This document shows, piece by piece, positions 1 to 11,009 of a DNA stretch of 64,000 bases. Position 1 is the stretch's first letter. Every line of letters starts with the position of its first letter. Source of the DNA: an uncultured Planctomycetaceae bacterium. Its GTDB lineage: Bacteria > Planctomycetota > Planctomycetia > Planctomycetales > Planctomycetaceae. The notes beneath the pieces were generated by a model. The model worked only from the letters and a program-made list of their open reading frames with translations, was not told the origin of the DNA and did no database searches. The stretch spans positions 64,001 through 128,000 of the forward strand of contig CAWFAK010000002.1 of the NCBI GenBank assembly GCA_963813715.1, read 5' to 3'. The translations under genes and the position numbers were made by a program.

Positions 1-763
1 CCGAGGTGCGCAAGGTCTATTCCAATTACATGAATGGCAGCCACGGCGAGCTGGCGATCGTTGGCGACTTCGACAAGGCGCAGGTTCTGCCCGTGCTCAA
101 CGAGACGCTCGGCGACTGGAAGGCCGAGATGCCGTACGCGCACATCTCGCGCGACGTGACTGCCGAGATTCCGGGGGGCACACGCCGGATCGAAACACCA
201 GACAAGGCCAACGCAGTCTATTTCTCCGCGTATGTCTTCCCGATGCGCGACGATAATCCCGACTTTGCCGCGCTCTCGTTGGGTGATTTCATCCTCGGCG
301 AGGACACGCTGACCTCGCGTCTCGGCACGCGCGTGCGGCAAAAGGAGGGGATGACGTACGGGATCGGTTCGCGATTGGAGGCCTCGGCGCGGGACCAACG
401 AACGTCGTTCGTGATCCGGGCGATCTGCAATCCGATTTTCATCAACAAGGTGACGAGTGCCGTTGCCGAAGAGATCGACGCACTCTTTTCCAAAGGCGTG
501 CGGCCCGACGAACTGGCGACCGCCAAGCAGAGCTATCTGCAGCAGCAAGAACTAGCTCGTACGTCCGATAGCGATTTGGTGAGTATGCTTCTCGAAAACC
601 TGACGGTCGGGCGGACGATGAAATACTACGCCGACCTCGAGAAGCAGATTGCCGGGCTGACCTCGGAGCAGATCGTCGCCGCCCTGCGGAGCCACATCGA
701 TCTCAAGCGGCTCTTCATCGTAACAGCCGGCGACTTCAACAAGTCGCAGGCGTCCAGCAGCCG

Positions 764-767
<4 letters not shown>
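1..767 (+). CDS. M16 family (pitrilysin/PqqL-like) zinc protease, C-terminal part, 5'-truncated by window edge
   Basis: Peptidase_M16_C-like motifs [27 protein letters not shown] and terminal IVTAGDF. Stop overlaps the hemL start (ATGA at 764-767). Confidence 0.85.
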
Positions 768-2063
<1,296 letters not shown>

Positions 2064-2134
2064 GCCGCGGACTCTATTCTTTAACGCCCCGCCCCGCCTT
2101 CAGCTTGATCCGCAGTGCGCCACGCGTCATGTCC

Positions 2135-2530
2135 TTATGGTCCGCTGATGCCTGTCATCACGTAGTAGAGCTGTCGGATCAAGAAGACGCTGACGAAGAC
2201 CAGACCCCAACGTAGAAGAGGGCCGTCGAGTCTGAACAGCCAGCGCGAGCGCAGGTGAGACAAGTAGGCCTTGACGGTCGCTTCGGCCTCTTCCGTCGGT
2301 GTGTCTCCCTGGCGCCAGATATGGAACACGCCGCGGTCGCACTCAGCGTGGCGGCACGTGCGGGCATCTCGAAGAAACGCCCCAGACCTGATCTGTCGAC
2401 GTTCTTGCCGACGGATCCGGTGAACCCGCATCGGACGAAAGCTCGCAATCCTCATCGCACGGCGGAGGATTGGCACCTCGCGAGCAGGCACGTGCCAAAT
2501 TCTTTTCACGCAATGCTTGACGAGATCCAA
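2135..2530 (-). CDS. Hypothetical protein with a C-terminal hydrophobic helix (start uncertain)
   Basis: 131-aa ORF with a C-terminal [21 protein letters not shown] segment. The N-terminal half is Arg-rich and may be out of frame. Confidence 0.3.
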   Translation of the reverse strand: MDLVKHCVKRIWHVPAREVPILRRAMRIASFRPMRVHRIRRQERRQIRSGAFLRDARTCRHAECDRGVFHIWRQGDTPTEEAEATVKAYLSHLRSRWLFRLDGPLLRWGLVFVSVFLIRQLYYVMTGISGP

Positions 2531-2747
2531 CGCCTTAGCTACTCATATTCTCACGATCTTAAGAATAAGCGAACGTTTGTGCAGTGAGCAGTTTTGCAGC
2601 GGCCTGCCCGCTCCTGAGTGGGACCGCGACTTCGTTAACGGAGGTCGACTCAGACATCGATTGCGATCCCTAATCACTCGATCGAAATCAACGTCGACCC
2701 TATTCAGATTTGCCGCGGCTCAATCTTTCTCTTTGAGGAGTGCTCCA

Positions 2748-4022
2748 TTGAACGCCTCGATTCTCTCTCGATCGACACGCCGCTCTGCTTGGCACCCAAA
2801 AGGGTTTACGTTGATCGAGCTGTTGGTGGTGATCGCGATCATCGCGGTGCTCATCGCTCTCCTGCTGCCGGCCGTGCAAGCGGCTCGGGAAGCGGCCCGC
2901 CGCAGCCAATGCCGCAATAACCTCAAGCAGATCGCTCTGGCGGCGCACAATTACCACGATGTGAACAACACCCTTCCCCCAGCGTTCGATTTGCTGTTGG
3001 GCACCCTTTCCAACGGCGGCGCCGGCGCATTTTGTCTTTTCTGTCCCACCAACCCGTGCTGCGGCTACTGTCACACCGACGGGAACGTTCATGTTTGGGG
3101 CGAGCGTCTGCTCCCGTTTCTGGAAGCCACCACCGTTTACAACAAGATCTGCATGAACGCGCCGATATTCTCGCCCGCTTGTTTGACCACTCCGCCGTTC
3201 GGCGGCGGTACCTACACCGCTCTCAATTCGGGATCGTGCTGTGCCGGGCTGTCGCGACCGGCAGCCGCCATAATTCCGACATTCGTCTGTCCGTCTGCGC
3301 CGCGGACCTCAAACCCGTTCCAGGAGAACGGCCTCATTACCGAGTTCACCGGCGGCCTGATTTCGTGCAACCCTTTTGGAGTCAAACCCTATTGGGCAGG
3401 TGCCGACGATTACACGGCAATCAACTGTTACTGCAGCGGTCTGGCCAACGCTTACGATAACCAAACGAGCCCCTGCGATCCCCAAGGGGCTCAATCGTTC
3501 CTGACTCCCCGAGGATGCAACCGCCGGGCCGGTGTGCTGAACTGGTTGAGCATCCGCAAGGGATTCTCACCCACGTCGCTCGACATGATCACCGACGGCA
3601 CCTCGACGACCATCTTCTGTGGGGAACTCGCCGGCCGGCCCGACCTCTGGCAGCGGGGCGTGAAGAAAATTGCGAGCTGCCCCTGTCAGGGCGGGAACCT
3701 GGTGCCGGTCGATCCTACGGGGTTCCCCGCACCTCCCGGAAACGCCGGCGGATGCTGGGGCTGTCTCGACAACGCCTACAGCCAGCTGTTCGGCTCGACT
3801 TTTTCCGGCGGAACAGCCCCGGCAACGGGGACGGCACCGGTCTGCTTCATCAACTGCACCAACCAGGCGAAGATGAATCTCTACAGCTTTCATCCCGGGT
3901 CGTGCGGTCTGGCGATGTGCGACGGCTCAGCCCACATGATCAGCGAGAACATCGGCACGCTGCCCTTCTGTCGCATGATCACGTTTAACGGCCGTGCGCC
4001 AGTGACGGATAGTGCCTTCTAA
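2748..4022 (+). CDS. DUF1559 prepilin-type N-terminal cleavage/methylation protein with H-X9-DG motif, Cys-rich
   Basis: [63 protein letters not shown] and [20 protein letters not shown] start at 2748 is preceded by GAGGAG at 2735-2740. Confidence 0.93.
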   Translation: MNASILSRSTRRSAWHPKGFTLIELLVVIAIIAVLIALLLPAVQAAREAARRSQCRNNLKQIALAAHNYHDVNNTLPPAFDLLLGTLSNGGAGAFCLFCPTNPCCGYCHTDGNVHVWGERLLPFLEATTVYNKICMNAPIFSPACLTTPPFGGGTYTALNSGSCCAGLSRPAAAIIPTFVCPSAPRTSNPFQENGLITEFTGGLISCNPFGVKPYWAGADDYTAINCYCSGLANAYDNQTSPCDPQGAQSFLTPRGCNRRAGVLNWLSIRKGFSPTSLDMITDGTSTTIFCGELAGRPDLWQRGVKKIASCPCQGGNLVPVDPTGFPAPPGNAGGCWGCLDNAYSQLFGSTFSGGTAPATGTAPVCFINCTNQAKMNLYSFHPGSCGLAMCDGSAHMISENIGTLPFCRMITFNGRAPVTDSAF

Positions 4023-4057
4023 ATTGTGCTGCAAGTTCGGAAATGATCACAGCCTGC

Positions 4058-4900
4058 CTAGGGCAACTCGATGCCCGATGGCGGGCGGTCGATCATTTTC
4101 CCGAGCGGCGTGCCTCTGTTTTGCGTTTGGCCTCCGGTCGCCAGAAAGAAGCAGTCGCCCGCCACGCCCGCATCGATGTTGAGCGCTGGGTTGCGGTCGG
4201 CGGTGAAGCGAGCCCGCGTCAGCGCCGTCCACTGCCCGTCTTTCGACCGGATCCAGCCATTGCCAAATCGCGCCCGGCGTGCTTCGGTCGCCGAGACCCC
4301 GTTGCGGCGAAAGTCTTCGATGAATGAGTAGTACCCGCGGAGTCCGCGGCCCTGGCTTATGGTCGAGAACGTCACCAGGTGCTTCCAGACTTTCTTTTCG
4401 GGAAGGTAAAAAAAGCTGGCGAACTCGGTGCGATCTCCGGCGGTGCGGGCCGTCACAAAAAAGCGGTAGGTCTTTCCCACGTTCCAGTCGTAGTCAAAAA
4501 ACGACTGCCCGCCGGTGCCTTCATTGCCAAACCGGCCGACGCGCACCCCTTCTCCCTGATACAGCGTCTTAACCTGCTTGTCCTTGTCGACCTGTTTGGG
4601 GTCAGACTGTTTGCCCGGGTCCCAAACGGAAAAGAGAACCACTTTTTTCCCGATCGCAGACTGCTGGATCCCGAAGTAACCCAGATCGAAACCGCACGCC
4701 ATGAAATAGGTGCCGGCCGCCGATTGACCGACGGTGACCTCGTTGTAAAACGCGACTCCTTCGGACGCCTGATAGAAAAGGTGGACGCTGCGGCAGGCAG
4801 CGGCAGTCGTCTTCTTCTCGTCGGCCCGCGCGGTCGCACACAGCAGGAACAGCAAACCGACTCCTGCCAGCAAGCGGCCGGCGGTGCCGTTTGGTTTCAT
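4058..4900 (-). CDS. Secreted DUF3472/DUF5077-type protein
   Basis: Signal peptide ending ATARA; CRSVHL, FYNEVTV, TYFMACGF..GYFGIQQ, VLFSVWDP, FGNEGTGGQS, YYSFIEDF. Confidence 0.8.
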   Translation of the reverse strand: MKPNGTAGRLLAGVGLLFLLCATARADEKKTTAAACRSVHLFYQASEGVAFYNEVTVGQSAAGTYFMACGFDLGYFGIQQSAIGKKVVLFSVWDPGKQSDPKQVDKDKQVKTLYQGEGVRVGRFGNEGTGGQSFFDYDWNVGKTYRFFVTARTAGDRTEFASFFYLPEKKVWKHLVTFSTISQGRGLRGYYSFIEDFRRNGVSATEARRARFGNGWIRSKDGQWTALTRARFTADRNPALNIDAGVAGDCFFLATGGQTQNRGTPLGKMIDRPPSGIELP

Positions 4901-5054
4901 GCGCTGGTATCCGGTGCGAGGGATTCTCAGAAACACGTTCGGAGCAACCTACCACGTCCGCCAACAATTCGCACACATCGACTCCCTCCGCCGGCCGTTT
5001 TGCCGCACGCCGCTTCAAGAGGCGTCAGCGGCAGATATCCAAGCTCCCGCGCGG

Positions 5055-5101
5055 TGTCGAACGGAACACTGTCGAACGGAAACACTGTCGAACGGAAATA
5101 C
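5055..5101. repeat. Three tandem 15-16 bp direct repeats TGTCGAACGGA(A)A(C/T)AC
   Basis: TGTCGAACGGAACAC / TGTCGAACGGAAACAC / TGTCGAACGGAAATAC read directly from the intergenic sequence. Confidence 0.9.
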
Positions 5102-5353
5102 CGACTCGATAAAGAGCGACAACTTTACCGGGCGCGGATCTTTCAGCCGGCGCGGATGTGGATCGGCTTGTACCGACATCTTGGAAGCTATCCGTCGAGG
5201 GTCGCTATTATCGGAATCGCAGACCCGGGCTCGGCGTCATCGGCTCCAAGTGACCGTCTATTTGAGGAACCCTTTCCGGAGGAGAGGGCCATCAAACGAC
5301 CGATAAGTGCCACTGTCGGGAGAAGCAACAGCAGGCCATTGGCGACGCAGAGA

Positions 5354-6436
5354 TCAAGCCGCCGCTCTCGACTCTGCTTGCAGCAAAGATCGTCCCCGTT
5401 TCCACGGGACGTGCTGCTCGGTGACGGGATCCCAGAGCTTCAACCGCAAGCAGGCGGCGATGTCGCGAGGACGCAGCGAGGTCATCACGGGTGCCTGTAG
5501 TTCTTTGATCGCACTCATCGCCTCTGGGAGCCGATAGAACGGAATCTTCGGATTCAGGTGATGCACATGGTGGTAGCCGATATTTCCGGTGAACCAGCGC
5601 ATCAACAGACCCATCTGAATGTAACTCGATGAATGCAGAGCCGCATCGACATAGTCCCACTCACGACCGGGCTGAAGCCTGGCACCCGGAAAGTTGTGCT
5701 GTGCAAAGAACAGGTACGCGCCGACCGCCGAGCTGATCGCAAACGGAATGATCCCAGCGAACCAGAGGTCTTCGAGCCTACCGGACGCCAGCCACAGGAG
5801 AATTCCCGCGTGACAGACGATCGAGAGAGCGGCGTCCAGATGCCGTTTCGGGTTCACTGCGAGCGGCACCACGCACATCCCAAAAAGGAAAATCGTGACG
5901 TATCCCGACACGATCGTCAGAGGGTGGCGTGCGGCGGCATACCGTAGCCGTTGCCAGACGGAGGACTTCTCGTAGGCCTCGACGGTCACCAAAGGATACG
6001 AGCCGACATTGGCGCCAAAGTTCTTGCAATTGTTGCCATGGTGATGGTCATGTGACCGGTTCCACACACTCGGCGGATTCAGGGTCGCCAGGCCGAACGC
6101 CAGCATGACGGCATCGGCAAACTTCGACCCTTTCAAAATGGCGTTGTGCTGGTGGTCATGGTAGAGGACGAAGAATCTGACGATGGTCAGCCCCGAGATG
6201 ATGCTGAAGAGGAACCGGATCTGCCACGGAATCTCACTACGCAGAATGGCCGTGAGCACGCCGAGCACGCCGATCGTCGACCACAAATGCCACCAGCTTC
6301 GCAACCGCTGTTCGCGGGCATACGGACGAACCGCGAGCGCGACCTGCCGCGAATTTCGCGTCCGGCGCGGCCTTGCTTCCCCGGGAATGCCGGCCATCGC
6401 CGGCACATCGAAAATGGCACTGAGATGAACGGTCAT
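5354..6436 (-). CDS. Membrane fatty acid desaturase (DesA/Des-like)
   Basis: Three His boxes, HDHQH, HDHHH and HHVHH (GNIGYHHVHHLNPKIPFYRL), plus hydrophobic helices and the FFAQHNF motif. Start could be up to 6523. Confidence 0.92.
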   Translation of the reverse strand: MTVHLSAIFDVPAMAGIPGEARPRRTRNSRQVALAVRPYAREQRLRSWWHLWSTIGVLGVLTAILRSEIPWQIRFLFSIISGLTIVRFFVLYHDHQHNAILKGSKFADAVMLAFGLATLNPPSVWNRSHDHHHGNNCKNFGANVGSYPLVTVEAYEKSSVWQRLRYAAARHPLTIVSGYVTIFLFGMCVVPLAVNPKRHLDAALSIVCHAGILLWLASGRLEDLWFAGIIPFAISSAVGAYLFFAQHNFPGARLQPGREWDYVDAALHSSSYIQMGLLMRWFTGNIGYHHVHHLNPKIPFYRLPEAMSAIKELQAPVMTSLRPRDIAACLRLKLWDPVTEQHVPWKRGRSLLQAESRAAA

Positions 6437-6519
6437 TTGTGGCTTCCGAGACGGAGTCGGAGTCGGTATCGAAAGTGATCGCCTGTTGCCGCTGCGCTTT
6501 GCGAGAAAATCGAGTCGAG

Positions 6520-7314
6520 TCACGCAGCGTGCTTCCTTCGATACGCGTCTCGAGAGAGGCCCCGCTTCGACTTTTCCGAAAGAAAATCCAGCAATCGATG
6601 TCCGGCTTTACTCGAGATGTAACCGGAGAGGTGCTCAACAGCTGCGTGATGAGTCAATCCAGAACGGTAGATCACGCGAAAGGCCGCTTTGATTTCTTGC
6701 CTTTCAAGAGACGTCAAACCGGCCCGCATCAAGCCGGTGCGATTTTCACCGACGACCGCCCCGTCTCGATTGGTCATGAAGAACGGCGGTACGTCCTGAG
6801 CGCCCTTGGCTAAACCGCTCACCAGCGCCAGTTCGCCGATTCGGACGAATTGATGAATGGCGGCATTGCCTGAGATCGTCGCTCCGGGTCCGACGCGCAC
6901 GTGGCCGGCAAGTAACGCTCCGCTGACGAGCGTCACCTCGCGCCCGATTTGGCAGTTGTGTCCAATGTGTGAGTTGGTCATCAGCAAGCAGCTGTCACCG
7001 ATGACAGTTCCCGTACCGGCCGCTGTCCCGCGGTGGATCGTGACGCCCTCTCGGATGGTACAACCCTCACCAACCCGGCAGAAACTTTCCCCGCCATCAA
7101 ACGCACGATCCTGTGGGAGATCGCCGATCACGGCATGCGAATGAATCTGGCATCCCGCACCGATCTCCGTGCTCCCAAGGATCACGGCGGATGCAGCGAG
7201 ACGACACCGCGGCCCGATGCGCACCGGACCGCTGATCACAACGTACGGCCCTACGATCGTCGTGGGATCGACTATCGCCTGCGGGTCGATAATGGCAGTT
7301 GGATGAACGCTCAT
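6520..7314 (-). CDS. lpxA: Acyl-ACP--UDP-N-acetylglucosamine O-acyltransferase (LpxA family)
   Basis: MSVHPTAIID hexapeptide repeats, IGDLPQD, IREGVTIHRGT, LLMTNSHIGHNC, LAGHV, IHQFVRIG, QDVPPF, and a C-terminal helical domain. Confidence 0.88.
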   Translation of the reverse strand: MSVHPTAIIDPQAIVDPTTIVGPYVVISGPVRIGPRCRLAASAVILGSTEIGAGCQIHSHAVIGDLPQDRAFDGGESFCRVGEGCTIREGVTIHRGTAAGTGTVIGDSCLLMTNSHIGHNCQIGREVTLVSGALLAGHVRVGPGATISGNAAIHQFVRIGELALVSGLAKGAQDVPPFFMTNRDGAVVGENRTGLMRAGLTSLERQEIKAAFRVIYRSGLTHHAAVEHLSGYISSKAGHRLLDFLSEKSKRGLSRDAYRRKHAA

Positions 7315-8051
7315 TGGCCGGTCCGGAGCCGTCGGCATAATGACATTTGAAGTGAAATCCAAGTACGCGACGAACGATTGAGCGCGGCGAGATCAGGAAG
7401 AAGCGTCTGGATCGCTTGGAGGTGAGGCGGGGATGGTCGGGCAAACGGGAATTGCTGTCAATCTCGCGTTTGGGTCAACGGGCTCCGCGCAGAGACTGAC
7501 CTGAAGAAGGTGAAGTCGTGTGCCCAGCTAGGGATGCGGACGCGTCGCCTGTCTCGGACTTAAGGAACTTTTCACCTTCTTAGTGTTCGGCTTTGCGCTT
7601 CGATGTTGGGACGGTTTTGGCCCAATTGCCAAGACCGCGAATGACGCTGGATCCCCGTGCATTGCGGCTGTAATGCGCGCGCATTGGCTGTCAAGCGGGC
7701 CCATCTTGTCGATCGGTGCGGCTTAGCCGAACCCGAAGGGCCGTTGCTTTGCCGTCCCGCAATCGGAGCGTTTTTCCGCAAAAAACGCCGAGCCAAAGTT
7801 CGTCTCGGACTGCTCGGATATTCGACCTCGCCCACGCTGATCTGTCGAAAGGCGACGCGCCAGGCTCGCAGGTCGGGTGTAAGCACTGTAGTGTGGGACA
7901 GGTCGATCGCGGCCCGAGGATGTCGAACGAGCCGCTGGATGGCCGACCAAGAGTTGGCTGAAAGTTCCCGACGGGCCTGTCTGCTGCTTGAGGGCAAGGT
8001 GTTGAACTGAGCCATGAGCGAGGGTGTCACGATTCAGATAGGCCAACCCGC

Positions 8052-10220
8052 TTGAACAAAAACGGATTTGCACGGTCGTTCCTGACGGTCGCCTCCCTCT
8101 GTTGGCTCCTCCCGATCGGAAACGGGCAAACCGCGTCATTCGCTGCCGAGGCGCCGCAGGGTCGTCCGGCGATCGCCAATTTCGCACTCTCTGACATTCA
8201 CGCCCAGAAATGGTCGCTCGATGCTCAGAAAGACAAGCAGATCGTGGTGGTGGCCTTTGTCGGCACAGAGTGCCCGCTCGCCAAACTCTACGGACCTCGG
8301 TTGGCACGGCTGGCGGCTTCATTCGCCGGCAAGAGCGTGGCCTTCGTGGCGATCGACTCGAACGTGCAAGATTCGCTCGCCGCATTGTCGGCTTACGCGT
8401 GCCATGCGAAGATCGATTTCCCCGTCCTGAGGGACGTCAAGAACGAGGTGGCCGCCCAGTTCGTGGCCGTTCGTAATCCGCAGGTTTTCGTGCTCGACCG
8501 GGACCGCGTGGTCCGATATCACGGCCGGATCGACGACCAGTACGGCGTGGGCTTTGCCAGAACCGAGCCGAAGCGAAACGACCTCAAACAGGCCGTCGAG
8601 GAATTGCTCGCCGGCAAGGCGGTTACGGTCTCCGAGACGCCCACGGTCGGCTGCCTGATCGGCCGCGCTCGCCCGCCGCAGGCTGACGCGCGAGTCACCT
8701 ACTCCAATCAGATCGCGCGGCTCTTGAACAAACGCTGCGTCGAGTGCCATCACGCGGGGGACATCGCCCCGTTTTCACTCACCAGCTACGAAGAGGCGTC
8801 CGGCTGGGCCGAGATGATCGCTGAGGTCGTCGATCAGGGACGCATGCCCCCGTGGCACGCCGATCCGAAGTACGGCAAGTTTTCGGACGTTCGCCGACTG
8901 TCAGACGACGAGCGCAAGCAGATCCACGAATGGGTGGCGGCCGGTGCTCCGCAAGGCGACGCCAAAGACTCGTCGCTGGTTCCGAACTTTTCGTCGACAG
9001 AATGGCATTCGGACCGCCCCCCGGATTTGATCCTGGCAATGAGCGCGACGCCTTTTGTGGTCAAGGCGGAGGGTGTGGTCCGATACCAGCGCTTTCGCGC
9101 TGAGACCGGATTCACGTCGGACAAGTGGGTCGAAATGGCAGAGGTGATGCCGGGCAACCGGGCGGTCGTGCACCACGTCCTGGTCCATTGCCTCTCCGCC
9201 CGCGGCCGCGGTGCCGACGCCCTCGCCGGGCAAGGATTTCTGGCCGCTTACGTTCCCGGACTGCGGCCCGTCGCGTATCCCAAAGGGATGGCCAAGCGGA
9301 TTCCAGCCGGCTCGACGCTAACGTTTCAGATCCACTACGTGCCCAACGGCTCCGCCCAGAACGACATCACGCGACTCGGTCTCTGGTTCGCGAATCCGAA
9401 GAAGCTCACGCACGAGGTCACGACGATTGCCGCGGCCAATCCGCTCTTTGTGATTCCGGCCGGGGACGACAATTTCGCCGTCGAGGCCACGTCCAACAGG
9501 CTTCCAGGCGGCGCTCAGCTCTTGTCCTTCATGCCACACATGCACTTGCGGGGCAAATCGTTCTTCTACGAGGCCATCTTCCCCAATGGCAAGCGAAAGA
9601 CGCTGCTCGATGTGCCGAAATACGACTTCAATTGGCAGACGGCTTACCGCCAAGAGCGGCCGCTGAAACTTCCCCCCGGTACCCGCATTCACGCCATCGC
9701 GCACTACGACAATTCGGAAGAGAATCTCAATAATCCGAACCCGAAAGCCTCCGTGACGTGGGGAGACCAGACCTACGAAGAGATGATGATCGGCTACTTC
9801 GACCTGGCTGTCCCGAAGCACGATCAAGCGGGCGGCGAGCGCGGACTGCATGCGGATCGCGGCAGCCGCGGCGGTCTTTCGTTCAGCAGGTTGAGCGAAG
9901 ACGGGCTGAAGAAGCTGCTGAAACAACTCGACGTGAACAAAGACGGAAAGATTTCTCGCGACGAGGTTCCCGAGTGGCTGCGCGATGCTTTTGACCGAGT
10001 CAGCGGTGGCCAGGACCGCATCTCGCTCGAGGACGCTCAGAAGCGGCTTTGTGCGTCTCAATCGGCAAACGGACGGGTCGTAGCGCGCTGCGTTCTCTAT
10101 CCGCCGTTCACCGACGGCTGGGCACACCCGTCGTGTCGGGCGCGAGCGGCGTGGCATGCGATGGGTACAAATAGCCGACTGCGGCATCCCCGGCTGGATA
10201 CATCGGCCCGTGGCCGATGA
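8052..10220 (+). CDS. Secreted redoxin (AhpC/TSA-like) + c-type haem + PHM-like copper monooxygenase + EF-hand fusion protein; true end may be the TAG at 10081-10083
   Basis: Signal peptide; VAFVGTECPLAK and RYHGRIDDQY..VGCLIGR (redoxin); CVECHH (CxxCH); VVHHVL, QIHY, PHMHLRGK and EEMMIG (Cu ligand pattern); DVNKDGKISRDE (EF-hand). Confidence 0.85.
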   Translation: MNKNGFARSFLTVASLCWLLPIGNGQTASFAAEAPQGRPAIANFALSDIHAQKWSLDAQKDKQIVVVAFVGTECPLAKLYGPRLARLAASFAGKSVAFVAIDSNVQDSLAALSAYACHAKIDFPVLRDVKNEVAAQFVAVRNPQVFVLDRDRVVRYHGRIDDQYGVGFARTEPKRNDLKQAVEELLAGKAVTVSETPTVGCLIGRARPPQADARVTYSNQIARLLNKRCVECHHAGDIAPFSLTSYEEASGWAEMIAEVVDQGRMPPWHADPKYGKFSDVRRLSDDERKQIHEWVAAGAPQGDAKDSSLVPNFSSTEWHSDRPPDLILAMSATPFVVKAEGVVRYQRFRAETGFTSDKWVEMAEVMPGNRAVVHHVLVHCLSARGRGADALAGQGFLAAYVPGLRPVAYPKGMAKRIPAGSTLTFQIHYVPNGSAQNDITRLGLWFANPKKLTHEVTTIAAANPLFVIPAGDDNFAVEATSNRLPGGAQLLSFMPHMHLRGKSFFYEAIFPNGKRKTLLDVPKYDFNWQTAYRQERPLKLPPGTRIHAIAHYDNSEENLNNPNPKASVTWGDQTYEEMMIGYFDLAVPKHDQAGGERGLHADRGSRGGLSFSRLSEDGLKKLLKQLDVNKDGKISRDEVPEWLRDAFDRVSGGQDRISLEDAQKRLCASQSANGRVVARCVLYPPFTDGWAHPSCRARAAWHAMGTNSRLRHPRLDTSARGR

Positions 10221-10482
10221 TGTACGGGGTGTAGTCACCCACAATCCAGAAGGTGCTGCCGCCCGAGGCCCCCAAGCCGCAGCCACCGGCTCCGCACCCT
10301 CCGTAACCGCCGGCCCCACAACCACCGTATCCGCAGCCGCCGCAACCGCCGTATCCTTGCCCCCCGCACCCACCGGCCGAGCCCCAACCATAATGTCCCC
10401 CGGCAGACGTTTGGCCGGTAGAGGCTCCCAACACCAGAATCGCAGTCAGGCAAACGGTGCTCACCGCGCGGAGAGTTTTCAT
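10108..10482 (-). CDS. Small secreted Gly/Cys/Tyr-rich repeat protein
   Basis: Signal-like N-terminus MKTLRAVSTVCLTAILVLGAS followed by repeated GGCG units (GGCGGQGYGGCGGCGYGGCGAGGYGGCGAGGCG). Confidence 0.7.
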   Translation of the reverse strand: MKTLRAVSTVCLTAILVLGASTGQTSAGGHYGWGSAGGCGGQGYGGCGGCGYGGCGAGGYGGCGAGGCGLGASGGSTFWIVGDYTPYIIGHGPMYPAGDAAVGYLYPSHATPLAPDTTGVPSRR

Positions 10483-11009
10483 GACGGACTTCTTTCAGGA
10501 GTAGCGAGGGGTGTGACTGGTGTGATTGGGACGAATCTGCAGAGAGGAGCCAGGGGAATCGCTCCGACCCCCCCCCCGTGACGTCAATGAGCACCCTAAG
10601 TGTGCGCCGAGAAACAACCACTGTCAAATTTCGAAGACGCGTTTGCGGCATATCGAAGAAGGCCGCAGAGCGGATCTGTCGAGAACGCTGTTGCCCACGA
10701 CTTTGCGGTGTTTTGATTTGCGAGATGAGACTTTGGGAATCACCGGCAGACGTCTTTGTAGACTCATGGCGCCCGCATCGTAGCCGCGCGCTCTGTGCGA
10801 ATGGAGCCACGGAAGGGGCGGCATTCATCGCGCCGTATTGACCGGCTGCTTGGTGCTGCTCGCGCGAAGTTCTTAGCATCAGGCCAAACGGTTTTGTACG
10901 GTAGTTTACAGAACGCAACCGCTCAAGCTGGTAGGAAGTGGGTCGGCGGGCCGTCGACCATGGCAAATTGGAGCTTGGTTCGCTGGTCCATCTCAGCCTG
11001 GAGTCTTCC

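Noticed and set aside
7400..8030. ORFs in the lpxA-redoxin intergenic region (7572..8030 -, 7657..8010 +)
   Set aside because: Arg/Ser-rich translations without family motifs; more likely divergent promoter DNA.
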